Assembly: GCF_030435755.1 (NCBI RefSeq)
Contig: NC_080855.1
Coordinates: 24,658,445-24,722,444 of the forward strand
DNA from: Ochotona princeps
Lineage: Eukaryota
Length of the DNA: 64,000 nt
Reading direction: 5' to 3'
Shown in pieces: positions 26,111 through 38,944 of this stretch (positions within the stretch are counted from its first letter, which is position 1; each line of letters begins with the position of its first letter). The notes under the pieces are model-generated. The model was not told the DNA's origin and ran no database searches. It was given only the letters and a program-made list of their open reading frames with translations. The position numbers were made by a program, and so were the translations under genes.

Positions 26111-26989
26111 GCCATTGAGTCATTGCACTGGGCTCTATTTCTGCCTTTCAAATAAATAATAAATAAAACTTCACACATAGACACATAAAGGTTTGCTACC
26201 CTTGGTATGTGGCCACATATAGCTCAGAGAGACAAGGAAGCAGTAGTAAGGGTTAACCAATAGATGTGCTTTAGGAAGGAGGACACAGGTAACAGAACAC
26301 AGAAGGACGTTTTCAGAACCATGAAGGAAAGTTCCAGAGTCTTCATGCTTGCAGTGGGTCAGGTGGCAACATCTGAGGGTACTTCCGAATGGCCATTAAA
26401 ATGGAACTAGAAGATAAGCTTACTCCTGGTCACATGTTTTTGAAACTCAAGCACAGCAGAGGTCTTCAAGAGGCTTGCAAAATGCACAAATTATGAAATA
26501 ACTCTGTGTGCATTTCAAATAATTTTGCACCAAAATAAACTTATCTTGTTGTTTTAAGGGTTTGTTTATTACAAAAGCAGAGTGACACAGAAAGAAATAT
26601 CTTCTGGCAGCTGGCTTACTCCCCCGGTGCCTGAAACAGTCAGGGCACAGCCAGGCTGAAGCCAGGAGCCAGGAGCTCCATCTGGTTTTTCACATGGGTG
26701 CAGGGAATGAATCAGCAGATGGAAGATCTTTTTCTCTCTCTCCTTCTGTCCTGTAACTTTGCTTTTGAAACGAAAAGAAAATAAATCTTTAAAATAAAAA
26801 AAGAGAGAAATCCTTATCTATTTCTGTATCTACTCATTCATTTTATATGAAAGGCATGGAGAGAGAGACAGAGAGGACAAGGAAAGACCTCTCATCCTCT
26901 GGCTTATGTCCCTACCGTCCATGGCACTAGGAACAAGGAACTTCATCTGAGTCACCCCTGGGCCAATACCTGCTGCTTCCCAACCCAAG

Positions 26990-27080
26990 CATGAGTAGGG
27001 GGCTGCAGCAGGGTGGGGCTGCAGCAGGGTGGGGCTGCAGCAGGGGTGGGGCTGCAGCAGGGGTGGGGCTGCAGCAGAGG
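26990..27080. repeat. minisatellite, about 5 copies of a 17-18-nt unit (ggggctgcagcag(g)ggt)
   Basis: direct tandem repetition gggctgcagcagggtggggctgcagcagggtggggctgcagcaggggtggggctgcagcaggggtggggctgcagcag. Confidence 0.85.
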
Positions 27081-27310
27081 TGAAGGCAGACAGTGGTATG
27101 GGATGTGGGGAGTCCCAAACAGCATCCTAACTGCTTCATCCCTAGACTTGTCTGTTTCTTTCATCTGTGCATTTCTGGAAACCTCGTTGGGGGTAAATCA
27201 GCGGCTGGCAGGAATCTAGCAGAAGGGTGTTTTGAGCCTTCTCTATTTCCCATGCAAAAACACAGCAGGTGCTTCTAGAACGTTCCAGCGATGCAGAGAG
27301 CCATACTCAC

Positions 27311-27547
27311 CTTGACGACACGCTTCTGCCCTAGCTGATTCTTGCCGTCAGGGCCAACTGGGTCTAGAATGACACAGTAGTTTCGGGGGCCCAGAGTGGT
27401 GATGGGCACCACCCCTAGCACCTCCTCGTAGACGTCGGGCACGTGGGCTTCCGTGTCCTGCACTGTCACCAGCCACTCCTCCCCCGTGCGGCGGACCACG
27501 CCCCGCAGGTCTCGGAAGTTCTGCCGAGCCCGCAGATGCAGGGCTGT
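27311..27547 (-). CDS. MVP: MVP exon ([79 protein letters not shown])
   Basis: ORF track 27275..27751; acceptor ccacag|ACA; donor AAG|gtgagt. Confidence 0.8.
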
Positions 27548-27755
27548 CTGTGGGACAACAAGGGGCATGAGTGGCAGAGGGAGGGCCCCCGGCTCCTCCA
27601 AAGGCTGCTGGGGAACCCCCACCCCCGGGACACCAAAGGTTGCTGGGAGCCTAGTGACTAAATGCCCACCACCCCAGAAGTTTGGAGTTTGTGACCCTGG
27701 AAATGCAACGCACACAATCCGCCGCACCCTGACCCCGCAGCCTCGGCTCACAAAC

Positions 27756-27850
27756 CTTCTCAGTGAGGATCACTGCATTCACCAAGTCCAGGACCTCCTC
27801 GAACACCGCAGGGAGGTATGCACCCACCGTGCGCACCAGCCATTCTTCCC
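27756..27850 (-). CDS. MVP: MVP exon ([32 protein letters not shown])
   Basis: ORF track 27651..27836; acceptor cctag|GG; donor GAGAAG|gtttgt. Confidence 0.75.
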
Positions 27851-27999
27851 CTAGGCCGAGGGCAAAGGGGAAGGGTCAGAGGTCACTCTGCTGTCCCCTC
27901 TCACCAAGTCAACAGCAGGGGACCTGCAGGACTTTCTAAGCCAAGGGCTGACTTCAGGGCCCAGACAGCAGCGTTCACACTCATGCCTTTCTTGTTCTT

Positions 28000-28330
28000 C
28001 TTTATTTAAGGATTTATTTATTTCTATTTGAAAGGCGGATATACAGAGAGGAGGAGAGACAGAGAGGAAGATCTTCTGTGTAACGATTCATTCCACATGC
28101 GGCCTCAACAGCGGAGCTGAGGCAATCCAAAGCCAGGAGCCAGGAGCTTCTTCTGGGTCTCTCATGCGGGTGCAGGGTCCCAAGGCTTTGGGCTGTCCTC
28201 AACTGCTTTTCCAGGCCACAATCAGGGAGCTGGATGAGAAGCGGGGCTGCTGGGATTAGAACCAGCTCCCATATGGGATCCCGGGTGTGCAAGGCGAGGA
28301 CTTTAACCACTACGCTATTGTGCCAGGCCA
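28000..28330 (-). repeat. C-repeat SINE, minus orientation
   Basis: SINE consensus blocks, starts with tttatttatttctatttgaaaggcgg. Confidence 0.7.
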
Positions 28331-28474
28331 TTTTTGGATTAGCTCAGCTCAGCCATTGCAGCCACTTGGGGAGTAAATCAGCAGGCAGATCTTTCTCTGT
28401 GTCTCCTTCTCTCTGTAAATCTGCCCCCCCAATAAAAATAAATAAATGTTAAAAAAAAAAAAAAGAAAAAGAGT

Positions 28475-28790
28475 CCAGTGCAGTAGCCTAGTAGCTAAAG
28501 CTATTGTCTTGAACATGCCCAGGATCCCATATGGGCACCGGTTCTAATCCCAGCAGCCCTGCTTTCCATCCTGCTCCCTGCTTGTGGCCTGGAAAAGCAG
28601 TCAAAGACAGCCCAAAGCCTTGGGACCCTGTACCCGCATGAGAGACCCAGAAGAAGCTCCTGGTTCCTGGCTTTGGTTTGGCTCAGCTCTGGCTGTTAGG
28701 GTCATTTGGAGAGTAGACCAGCAGGTGGAAGCTCTTTCCGTCTTTCCTTCTCTCTGTAAATCTGCTTTTCTAATAAAAATAAATAAATCT
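28475..28790 (+). repeat. C-repeat SINE, plus orientation, followed by A24
   Basis: agtagcctagtagctaaagctattgtc..ctgtaaatctgcttttctaataaaaataaataaatct. Confidence 0.7.
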
Positions 28791-29099
28791 AAAAAAAAAA
28801 AAAAAAAAAAGGAAAGAAAAAGCCAGTCAAAGCAGTTCAGATCGCTGCTCTGCCAACACCCTGCAACACCTGCTCCAAGTTCCAAATACCAACTGTTTTC
28901 CTCTCGCTGGCACGGGCGGCAGAAGTTGCTTTGTGACAGGTGTAGACGCCCTTCAGTGTATGGCAACAGGTGCAAGCTACAGCCTCATCTTGCAGGGTCA
29001 CACACCCAGCATCAGGAATCTGAGTTCTGTCCTATCCTTTGAAACACATGAGCACTTGATGGTTGACACTGTGAAGCTTCTCCCTGTGGTACCAGTTTA

Positions 29100-29545
29100 C
29101 CCATGTGGATGCCAGATCAAGTCGCAGCTGCTCCACTTCCCATCCAGCTCCTGCTTGTGGCCTGGGAAAGCAGTAGAGCACAACCCAAAGCCTTGGGACC
29201 CTGCACCCGCATGGGAGACCCGAAAGAAACTCCTGGATTCAGATCAGCTCAGCTCCAGCCATTGCTCCCATTTAGGGAGTAGACAGTTTTCTCTGTCTTT
29301 TCTTCTTTCTGTAAATCTGCCTTTCCAATAAAAATAAATCTGAAGAAAATATTTTTATTGGAAAGGCAACACAGAAAGAGATCTTCCATTCCTTGCTTCA
29401 CTCCCCAAATGGCCACCAGGGCTGGAGCTAAGTCAACTCGAAGTCAGGAGTCTCCTGCTTTCCCAGGCCACAAGCAGGGAGCTGGATGAGAAGTGGAGCA
29501 GCTGGGACATGAACCAGCACACATATGGGATGCTGACGCTGGCAT
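29100..29545. repeat. SINE fragments, plus then minus (tail-to-tail)
   Basis: plus ..ctgtaaatctgcctttccaataaaaataaatct followed by minus tttattggaaaggcaacacagaaagagatcttccattcc.. Confidence 0.6.
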
Positions 29546-30194
29546 CACAGACCCCCAACATAAATATTGTTTTAAATAAAGAAGAAAATGGAACAGTACT
29601 CTTTTGAGGTTTTTGGATAAAGTGAACTATAAAACTTTTAATCTGAAAGGCAGAGAAGCAGAGGGAGAGCCAGCTGCATCCACCAAGTCCACCCTCCAAA
29701 CGCCTGAGATAGTTGGGGTTGTGCAAGGGTCAACGGCAGGAGCCAGGAACCCCTCCTGGTCTCCAACATGACTGGCAGGACTTCAAACACTGGAGCCATC
29801 ACCAGCACTTCCCAGGGTGCACATTAGCACAAGGCTGGAGTTGGATTCCAGGGCCAACACAGGGATTCTAACATGAGCATCGAGCCAGCTGGGTCAGCGC
29901 CCTGCCCTGGGTAGCGCATGGCATGGGACCCATGATGCCTTTGCTTGAGGCACCTGAACTGCTGTCCTGTCAGTCTGTAAGCAGAGGAGACACGGCCACT
30001 GCCTGCAGTGCCCAGTGGAGGCTGGGGACAGAGGCCAGGCCAGGCCAGGTGACAGGAACACAGGGTCAGCATGAGAGCGGAGCCAGCATCAGGTGAGGAG
30101 TGGGGAAAGGCCAGGGCAGCTCTGGCCAGCTTTACCCAGCTCCTCCCCATTCTTCTCCCACAGTGGAGCTCTCTTGGGCCCCTTGGCAACCCAC

Positions 30195-30326
30195 CTGTCA
30201 CCCTCTCCTTGCCATCCCGGTCCAAGCACTCCTTGCGGGCCCTCAGCCGCAGCGCCTGGTTCTGTCTGATGACTGTGGCTTGAATGATCTCCACAACCTC
30301 CACCTCTTTCTGGGGGATGTACGTGC
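30195..30326 (-). CDS. MVP: MVP exon ([43 protein letters not shown])
   Basis: ORF track 29824..30540; acceptor ccccag|GC; donor ACAG|gtggcc. Confidence 0.75.
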
Positions 30327-30434
30327 CTGGGGGGAGGCAAGGCGAGGGAAGGCGAGAGGTCAGAGGGGCAGGCGTGAGAGCCACAGGGAAAGAACAGGAA
30401 GACCTTGACCGTGAACCATGTGGAAAGCACATAC

Positions 30435-30558
30435 CGGGCCCTTCAAACAGCCACTCATCTCCTGCCACCACCTTCTCTCCATCCTTGTTTTCGAAATCCA
30501 GCAGGGCCTTCAGATGCAGTGCCGTATTGGGCAGGACCACCTGCAGTGGGGTGATATC
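30435..30558 (-). CDS. MVP: MVP exon ([41 protein letters not shown])
   Basis: ORF track 29824..30540; acceptor tctag|GAT; donor CCCG|gtatgt. Confidence 0.75.
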
Positions 30559-31344
30559 CTAGAAGGAGAAGAACAGGGTTATGGGGTGCTCAGTGCATTA
30601 ACGCTACCCCCACTCTGTCCCAGCCAGCTCAACTTCATTATCAGGAAATCTGAGGCCATGATGCCCAGCTTCCTATGTCCCAGGAAATGGACAAGGTCGG
30701 GGAGGGGGTCTGGAAAATTGTGACGGAGCAGTCCAGGCCGAAGGATGTCCCTGCTGCCCGGCCAGGAGCACACCTGCCTCTGCAGAGGATGCTTCCGGGT
30801 GCTCAGAGCTAGAAATCCACCAGGAGGGAGGCCGGGTGGATTTCTTGGTGGGAGACACCTCCAGGAAGCTGGCTGTGAGAGTAGGTCGTGGCCTGGCCAC
30901 GGCTCTTCAGGAGGCAGCAAAGGTAGAAACTGCTATACATGGCAAGACTCAGCACATGACCTTGTTTTCAAAGTTGCCTTCCAGTCACAAAACTGCCCAC
31001 CTGCACTGGTCATCACATCTTCCATCAGCGAGGGATACCCAACAGAGAGTCGAAATCCCTGTTGAGATGCTTGTGGAATCAATGGGGTTGATGTTCTGAG
31101 ATGAGAGAGATGGAGAGATGGAGAGACGGAAAGAAGGAAGGAAGGAAGGCAGGGTCACAGTAAGGATTTGAGCTACACTCGTGGTGGGACAGGGAAGGCA
31201 GGCCAGAGGCAGCTGTCCCGCTCCAGGGTGGAGAGGGTCATTTAGGGGTCATCATTGTCCTCCTGGCTCACGGCAGGTTAAAGCAAGTCTGGGAGGGATG
31301 ACAAAGTCCTGGGGGCTTTGAGGGATGACAAAGCTCTTGCAACT

Positions 31345-31347
31345 ATA

Positions 31348-31382
<35 letters not shown>
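31345..31382. repeat. (CA)19 microsatellite
   Basis: cacacacacacacacacacacacacacacacacacacg. Confidence 0.9.
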
Positions 31383-31384
<2 letters not shown>

Positions 31385-32166
31385 TGTGCGCATGTGTGCG
31401 AAGGGAGATTCCAGTGGGTCTGAGACAAAGCCTGAATATGGATTTAAACAAACACCTTCATTTTAACAGCTTCAGACTTTGGGAAAATTGGCAAGCATAA
31501 TGCACAGAATTCCTAGACACTGCTTCAATTCCTTAGGATTGACTTTTTAGTAACGTTCCACTTCCTCTCTCCACACATCCACACTTCTTCCCCAGACTGT
31601 TTGCATCTAAGCAGACTTGAACTCTCCCCAGGTTATGCTCCTGCACCCCCAGGACCAAGAAGCACTTGCTAAGGGTCCATGCCATGACACAGTAGACTAA
31701 GCCACCACCTGTGACACCAACAAATGTACCCAAGTGACAGTCAAGTCTCACTTGGTCTTCTTCCTATCCAGCTTCCTGTTTATTTGCCTAGAGATTCAAC
31801 AGGAGATAGCCCAAGTACTTGGGCCCCTGACACCTACGTGGGCAATCTGAATGGAATTCTTTGCTCCTGGCTTTGGCCTGGTGCAGCCCTGGCTGTGGCA
31901 GCCACTTAGGTAGGTTGTTCAAATGGATGAGGAGCTTAACCTTGGCTCAGCCAGTTGAGGGCTATGCAGCTGCTGAGATGGACTCTTCGGTCTCAAGGGA
32001 GGGCGGGGTCATCAAGGGTCCATGAAGAAAAAGGGGCTAGCTAGGCTGGTGGGTGAAGGGACACTGAGGCAGCTCTGCTCTGGCGGCAGCCAACACCTGT
32101 CCTGTCCCAGCTCATGTAAGGTGACAGGTGGGTAGACTGGGGGCATGGGGAAACCATGCCAGGTAC

Positions 32167-32362
32167 CTTCTCTAGAACCTCCCCTGGATACAGGGGGAAG
32201 GGGTCCTGAGCCAGGCGGATCTCCAGGTCAGCATGGCGAAGCCGAACTTGCCCCGTGACATCCAGTAGCACTGAGCCCTGGGCGTCCCGACACACGGGGT
32301 TGGCCACCGTGCAGTAGTGACGTGGGGGGACTGTCACCATCCGAACCGGGGCAAACAGGACC
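32167..32362 (-). CDS. MVP: MVP exon ([65 protein letters not shown])
   Basis: ORF track 32041..32481; acceptor caacag|G; donor GAGAAG|gtacct. Confidence 0.8.
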
Positions 32363-32487
32363 CTGTTGGGGGAATGAAAAGGGATGTGAGGACCCTGCCT
32401 GTTGCCCGACCCACCTCCAGTGAAGGTAAGGACAATAACAGCCCCAGGGCCCCCACCCCCACATGGACAGTCAGTCCCCATGCCAAC

Positions 32488-32612
32488 CTCTCATTGTCCT
32501 GTCGGATGTAGGTCTTGGGTCCCACCTCCACACGAGACACATTGCTGTTCTGGTCCAGCACATGGATGTAGTGGTACGGAGGGATACGGATGATGGACTC
32601 TGTGGTTGCCAT
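32488..32612 (-). CDS. MVP: MVP first coding exon ([41 protein letters not shown]; ATG at 32612-32610)
   Basis: ORF track 32334..32804; matches human MVP N-terminus [42 protein letters not shown]; donor AGAG|gttggc; 14 coding exons total 2640 nt = 880 codons. Confidence 0.85.
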
Positions 32613-32884
32613 GGTAACTCCTGCAGGGACAGCTGCACAGGTGGGGAGGAGACACACGATGAGCACAGGGTGCCTGCCACGAGGCGGGCTGGGGCCCAGG
32701 GTTGGGCTGTGTATGGGGCAAAACATCTTTTTTCTTCCCTCCCAGGACAATACAGTCCTTCCCAACCTCACCTTTGCTGAGACCCACTTGTCACAATGAG
32801 GCACAGAAGGTTAAGGTACCAACTCCTCCCCTCTCAATTCCCATCACCTCCCTCCCTCTAAAGAGTCCACGGGGACCCATGCTG

Positions 32885-33175
32885 TGATATGGCTACTTAA
32901 GCCACTTCCTGTAATGCTGGCATCCTGTATTGGGAACACCAGTTGGCGTTCCAGCAGCTCCATTTCTGATCCAGCTCTCTGCTAACAGACAGGAAAGCAG
33001 TGGAGGATGGCCTCAGTACCTCGACCGTTTCCACTCATGTGGGAAACCCAGAAGAAGCTCCTGGTTCTTGGCTTTCACTTGACCTAGCCTCTGCTGCGGC
33101 ATCCATTTGGGAAGTGAATTTGCAGATGGAAGATCTCTCTCTTCCTTTATCTCAGTAAATCTGCCTTTCAAATTT
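32885..33175 (+). repeat. C-repeat SINE, plus orientation
   Basis: ..ccagcagctccatttctgatccagctctctgctaacag.. Confidence 0.65.
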
Positions 33176-33199
33176 TTATTTGTATTTATTTGCTTTTGA

Positions 33200-33530
33200 A
33201 ATAAAAATTGAAAATGTATTTATTTATTCTTCTTGTAAAGTCAGATTTACAAAGAGAAGGAGAGACAGAAAGATCTGCCATCCACTAGTTCACTCCCCAA
33301 ATGGTCAAAACGGCCAGAGCTGAGCTGAACCGGAGCCAGGAGCCAGGAGCCAGCTTCTGGGTCTTCCATATGAGTAGTAGGGATGTAAGAACCTGGGCCA
33401 TCCTCTGCTGCTCCCCCAGGCCACAAGCAGGGAACTGCATCGGAAATGGAGCAGTCAGAAATCTAGCTGGCTGTGGGAAGCTGGTGTTGTAGGCGCTGGC
33501 TTAGCCAGCAAACCCACAGCACTGGCCCCA
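33200..33530 (-). repeat. C-repeat SINE, minus orientation
   Basis: ..ctagttcactccccaaatggtcaaaacggccagagctgagctgaaccggagccaggagccaggagcc.. Confidence 0.7.
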
Positions 33531-33879
33531 ATAAAAGAAATCTGAAATAAACTGCTTGCATCAGTAGGCACCAGGAGGGGCTTAGAACAAATGTTCCCAA
33601 CAAGGTGGAAATGAACCCCTGGGGTGGGGAGGGGGACAGGGACCAAAGGGCAGCTGTGACCATGTCAGCACAGGTGGACAGTGTGGCTCCGCACTGCTCT
33701 GCCTTCTCCAGGGGCAGATGACCCCGTGATCCCCGGGGCACCCAAGGACCTGGCTGTATTGAAAGGTAACCCTGCAACCAGTGACAATTGCATTATCTTT
33801 GCCTGCTGCCCCACCCTCTCCAGTGAGCCCTAAGCACGCCTAGGGGGGTGAACTGTGAAGGGCTGGGCCAAAGCTCAGA

Positions 33880-34150
33880 GATTCAAAGAGGGAGACAGAG
33901 AGAGAGAGAGAGAGACCTCCTATCTGCTGGTTCACTCTCCAAATGGCTGTGACAGCTTGGACTGGGCCAGGCCACAGTCAGGCATCAGGAAAATCTTCCT
34001 AGCCTCCCACTTAGGTGTGGGGTCCCAAGGACTTGGGACATCTTCTGCTGCTTTCCCAGTCCTTATGCAGAATTTCATCGGAAGTAGAGCAGCCCAGACT
34101 CAAACTGTCATGTCAGCGCTTGCAAGGGGGAGGATTAGCCTGTGTTTCGC
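33880..34150 (-). repeat. C-repeat SINE, minus orientation
   Basis: ..ctggttcactctccaaatggctgtgacagcttggactgggccaggcc.. Confidence 0.65.
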
Positions 34151-34319
34151 CATGTTAGCTCCTCAGGCAAGCATTTTAGAAGACCAAAGTCAATGAGCCA
34201 AAAGTGCACTAAGAGCCACAGTGCCTCGGGCCTTACGGGGAGGCACGGTAACAAGACATTGGCTGCTTTGACCAGAGCCTGATTATCCAAGCAAACAGTT
34301 GGATTTTAAAAAACCTGCA

Positions 34320-34650
34320 TGGGGGGCCTGGCGGCGTGGCCTAGCGGCTAAAGTCCTCACCTTGAACGCCCCGGGATCCCATATGGGTGTCGGTTCTAAT
34401 CCCTGCAGCTCCACTTCCCACCCAGCTCCCTGCTTGTGGCCTGGGAAGGCAGTTGAGGACGGCCCAAAGCCTTGGGACCCTGCACCCGCATGGGAGACCT
34501 GGAAGAGTTCCAGGTTCCTGGCATCGGATCGGTGCGCACCGGCCCGTTGCGGCTCACTTGGGGAGTGAAACATCGGATGGAAGATCTTCCTCTCTGTCTC
34601 TCCTCCTCTCTGTATATCTGACTTTGTAATAAAAATAAATCTTTTAAAAA
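34320..34650 (+). repeat. C-repeat SINE, full length, plus orientation (copy 1 of a head-to-tail triplet)
   Basis: ggcctggcggcgtggcctagcggctaaagtcctcaccttgaacgccccgggatcccatatgggtgtcggttctaatccc..ctgactttgtaataaaaataaatctttt then A10. Confidence 0.8.
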
Positions 34651-34664
34651 AAAAACCTGCATGG

Positions 34665-34995
34665 GGCCCGGCACAGTAACCTAGAGGCTAAAGTCCTCAC
34701 CTTGCACATGCTGGGATCCCATGTAGGCACCGGTTCTAATCCTGATTGCCCTGCTTCCCATCCAACTCCCTGCTTGCGATCTGGGAAAGCAGTCCAGTAT
34801 GGCCCAAAGCCTTGGGACCCCGCACCCACGTGTGGGAGACCTGGAGGAAGTTCCTGGCTCCTGGCTTTGGATCTGCTCAGCTGCAGCCATTGTGGCCACT
34901 TGGGGAGTGAACCATCGGATGGAAGTTCTTCCTCTTTGTCTCTCCTCCTCTCTTATATATGACTTTTCAATAAAAATAAAATAAATCTTAAAAAA
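34665..34995 (+). repeat. C-repeat SINE, full length, plus orientation (copy 2 of the triplet)
   Basis: starts immediately after the A-tail of copy 1; same block structure, roughly 10-15% diverged. Confidence 0.8.
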
Positions 34996-35009
34996 AAAAA
35001 AAAAACTTG

Positions 35010-35340
35010 GGCCCGGTGGCGTGGCCTAGCGGCTAAAGTTCTCACCTTGAACGCCCCGGATCCCATATGGGCACCGGTTCGTATCCTGGCAGCTCCACTT
35101 CCCACCCAGCTCCCTACTTGTGGCCTGGGAAAGCAGTTTAGGACAGCCCAAAGCCTTGGGACTCTGCATCCATGTGGGAGACCTGGAAGAAGTTCCTGGA
35201 TCCTGGCTTCGGATCAGCATAGCATCGGCCGTTGCGCTCACTTGGGGAGTGAATCATCGGGCGGAAGATCTTTCTCACTGTCTCTCCTCCTCTCTGCATA
35301 TCTGACTTTCCAGTAAAAATAAATAAATCTTATAAAGAAA
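35010..35340 (+). repeat. C-repeat SINE, full length, plus orientation (copy 3 of the triplet)
   Basis: starts immediately after the A16 tail of copy 2. Confidence 0.8.
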
Positions 35341-35964
35341 AAAGTTATAAAAAAACAAACTTGCATGAAGGGTTTCCCATGAAATAATGGGTTAGGACAA
35401 TCCCAGGGTGAAAAGACATGCACAGTGACATGTCAGCCATGCCAGGAATTTCACCAGCAGCTGGAGGCTGCTGCCCAAGGTGGCAATGCAAGGACCTTGG
35501 CTTATCTCCCAAGGAGACGGGACAACAGGTACAGAAAGGACAGTTCACCGCATGACCGGATCCCGGATTCCCAAGTCCAGCAGCCAAGGACAGCCCCCTC
35601 TTGGAATACATCTGACCTCCCCACACCGCACCAAACAGCCTGTCAGAGGCTCAAGTGCTACGGGTTTTGTAGGCAGCTGGGCTCCGCCTTGAGGGTCTGC
35701 AGGCACTTGGCCCACAGCGGATCTGCATCAGCGTCTCTCTCCTTCCCACCCTTTCCTCGCTGTTTCTTCCTCCCTGCCGGAGCCAGCAAGACAACCTTGG
35801 ACTTGGTGAGTTAGGGCCAAGGATTCACACCCAAGCTACTTGGGCCTGCACTTGTGGTGGGCTCTGTTTCCTGAGCGTTTCCCCTTAGTCTCACTTCTGG
35901 GCACACTTCCCACAACAAGGCACGCTACTCTGCTTCTCATTCTTTTTCTTTTTTTTTTTTTTTT

Positions 35965-36630
35965 TTTTTAAGATTTATTTTATTTTTATTGCAAAGTCAT
36001 ATATACAGAGAAGAGGAAAGAAAGAGAGGAAGATCTTCACTCTTTTGGGGGAGTGGTAATTCACTCCCCAAATTACCACAATGCCCGGTGCTGCACCGAT
36101 CCGAAGCCAGGAACCAAGAACTTCATCCAGGTCTCCTACATGCGGGTGCAGGGATGGGTTCCCAAGGCTTTGGGCCATCCTTGAATGCTTTCCCAGGCCA
36201 CAAGCAGGGAGCTGGATGGGAAGTGGGGCTTGGGTTAGAACCAGTGCCCATATGGGATCCCAGTGCATTCAAGGTGAGGGCCCTAGCCGCTAGGCCACCA
36301 CACCAGGCCCCCTCATTCTTTTTTAAAGATTGATTTATTTATCTGAAATTCAGAGTTAACAGAGAAAGTTCTCCCACCTGCTGATTTACTCCCCAAATGG
36401 CTGCAATGGCCTGACCCCGGGCCGGTCTGAAGCCAGGAGCCAGGAGCTTCTTCTGGCCCTGGTACGTGGATGTAGGAGCCCAAGAACATGAGTAGTCTGC
36501 TGTTTCCCTAGGCACGTGAGCAGAGAGCTGGACTGGAAGTGTAGCAAGCAGGACTTGAACCAGTGCCCATATAGGACTGACACTGCAGGCAGAAGATTAT
36601 CGTGCTACATCATGGTGCCAGCCCCCTAGA
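35965..36630 (-). repeat. two consecutive C-repeat SINEs, minus orientation, preceded by T28
   Basis: two complete minus-orientation SINE units (about 35965-36310 and 36325-36630). Confidence 0.7.
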
Positions 36631-37914
36631 TTCACTTCTACTCTTCAACTACTGCTTGTTCCGGAAGCTATGTTGATATGTGCAAGGGGTGGCTCTCCTT
36701 CTACTCCAGTCTCTTGTCTGGGACAAAGACAGGCATTCTAAATGCAGATACATATAAGGTGCAAGAATTGGTAACCAAATGTATTCAAACGCAAATTCAC
36801 GTACACACAGCAGCATCTGGTGCACCACGCGGAGAAAAATCTGCTATGTGTGGACAGCAGGGTCAGCAGAGACTGACCCAAAGGAGGAGGGGCAGGGCAA
36901 GAAGGAATGGGTGCCCACCCAGCACCTGCAGCTCTGGTCTACGGAGTGAGGCCCCGCTGAGGGAAAGCCTGGTGCTGCTCCAGGCAGCCTGGGACAAGGG
37001 TGTGTCCTGCTTGACAAGTCAGGGGCTGGTGACCACCAGCTCAGCCCACCCTCAACGAGCTTCCCTGGTTGCTCTTGGGTATCTCCAGGCTGGGAATGCC
37101 GGGATCCTGGCTCTTGTTCTTAGCCTCATAGCTGCTTCCTCATCTACCAAATGGGAGCAGGTCTCTGCAGCCTGTCTGGTTGTGAGGATTCAGGGCAGAG
37201 GGGCCGGCTCTTCCCCAGCACGCTGTGTCCCCCTATCCTGATGGGGGTGGGGACAAAGGGGATGCTACTAGAGGTCTCCCCCCGCCACACACACACACCA
37301 AGCATCCCTGGTTTCTGGTTAGGAAGGTGACAAGACCTGTAACACAGCACAGAGGGGGTACCTGATGACCAAGGAAAGCTTTTCCCAGGAAGTGCGGGAA
37401 GGGGAGGAGGGCTCCTCTACCATGTGGAAGCTGGGCCAGGACACCAGATGGGGAAACAGGAAGGGCCAGGGCTGCAGGAAGAAAGTTGAACCTGCGCCTG
37501 GCAGCAGGCTCTAGCCTAGCCTCCACCGTTCCTTGCTGGCCCAGCTCCCATGCCCCTGTGGCTGAGGCCTTGCCACCATCTGCTGGCCCAGCTGGGCCCA
37601 GTCAAGGGGGGGGGGTGCCGCACACAGCTCAGTGACTCAGCAGGAATCATCCTCACGGCCCATCAGGCCCCATTCCTGTCGGGTTCCCAGGTCAGAGCAT
37701 CTCACCTCCCCTGATCACAACCCTGGAGCTGAACCTTCACCCAAAGTCACCAGGGGACAGAGCTTGTCTCCCTCCACACCCACCACTCACGGAGGGGAGT
37801 CGGGGAGCCACTTGACTCTGGCAGTGTGCTTGGGACACGAGGCAGCCTGATGCGGCTCATCGGTTCTTGTGGACAGTAGCTCACCGTGCCAGGGCCCTGA
37901 AAAGAACAATGGCA

Positions 37915-38210
37915 GAGTGGGCATTTGGCACAGCAGCTGTGCTGCCTGCCACCTAGGATATTATGCCTGCATGCCACATTAGTGTGTCTGGGGTCACGTC
38001 CACGCACCATTCTCCTCTCCAGCTTCCTGCTCTGTATCCCCACCCACCGCAGGGAGGTGTTTCAGGCACCTCCTCAACACACATGCAGGAGACCTGGATG
38101 GAGTTTCTGTCTTCTGGCTGTGGCCTGGCTCGGCCACACCTGTTGTGGGCATTTGGGGTGTGAACCAGCAGATAGGAGATCATTCTGTCTTTCAAATAAA
38201 GAAATAAGGA
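37915..38210 (+). repeat. C-repeat SINE, plus orientation
   Basis: ..ctctccagcttcctgctctgtatccc.. Confidence 0.6.
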
Positions 38211-38499
38211 AGTAAGGGGGAAATGACTGTTGACCTCCAGAAGGTATTTACCAGCTCTCAGGTTCGGCCCCAACTCCTCCAACCCACTCTCCTTTCAGTT
38301 CCTGCTTCTGACATTTGCCATATTCAGCTGTCTGTGTCCGTGCCCTGCCCTACCCAACCACGCATGTCTCAAATGTCATGAGACCTACAAGAACCACAGG
38401 TGACACTACTCCTCTCTGTCAGTTTCATGCTGGGTTCACCCTCTAGTTAAAACATGGACTGAGTTCTGGGTCCCAGTCTCCTGACTTAAAACTTGGCCC

Positions 38500-38935
38500 A
38501 ACATCGGGCCCGGCGACGTGGCCTAGCGGCTAAAGTCCTCTCCTTGAACGCCCTGGGATCCCATATGGGCGCCAGTTCTAATCCCGGCAGCTCCACTTCC
38601 CATCCAGCTCCCTGCTTGTGGCCTGGGAAATCAGATGAGGACAGCCCGGAGCTTTGGAACCCTGTGCCCATGTAGGAGACCTGGAAGAGGTTCCTGGTTC
38701 CCGGCTTCGGATCGGTGCAGCACCGGCCGTTGCGCTCACTTGGGGAGTGAATCATTGGATGGAAGATCTTCCTCTCTGTATATCTGACTTTGTAATAAAA
38801 TAAATAAATCTTAAAAAAAAAAAAAAAAAGATTACTGTTAAAACCTTGGTCCAGCATCGTGGTGTAGTAGGTAAAACCGCTGCCTGTGATAATGACATCC
38901 CATATGGATGCTGGTTGCTGTCCCGACTGCCCTGC
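38500..38935 (+). repeat. C-repeat SINE (full length) plus the 5' fragment of another, plus orientation
   Basis: ggcgacgtggcctagcggctaaagtcctctccttgaacgccctgggatcccatatgggcgccagttctaatcccggcagctccacttcc.. Confidence 0.75.
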
Positions 38936-38944
38936 TTCTTTATT

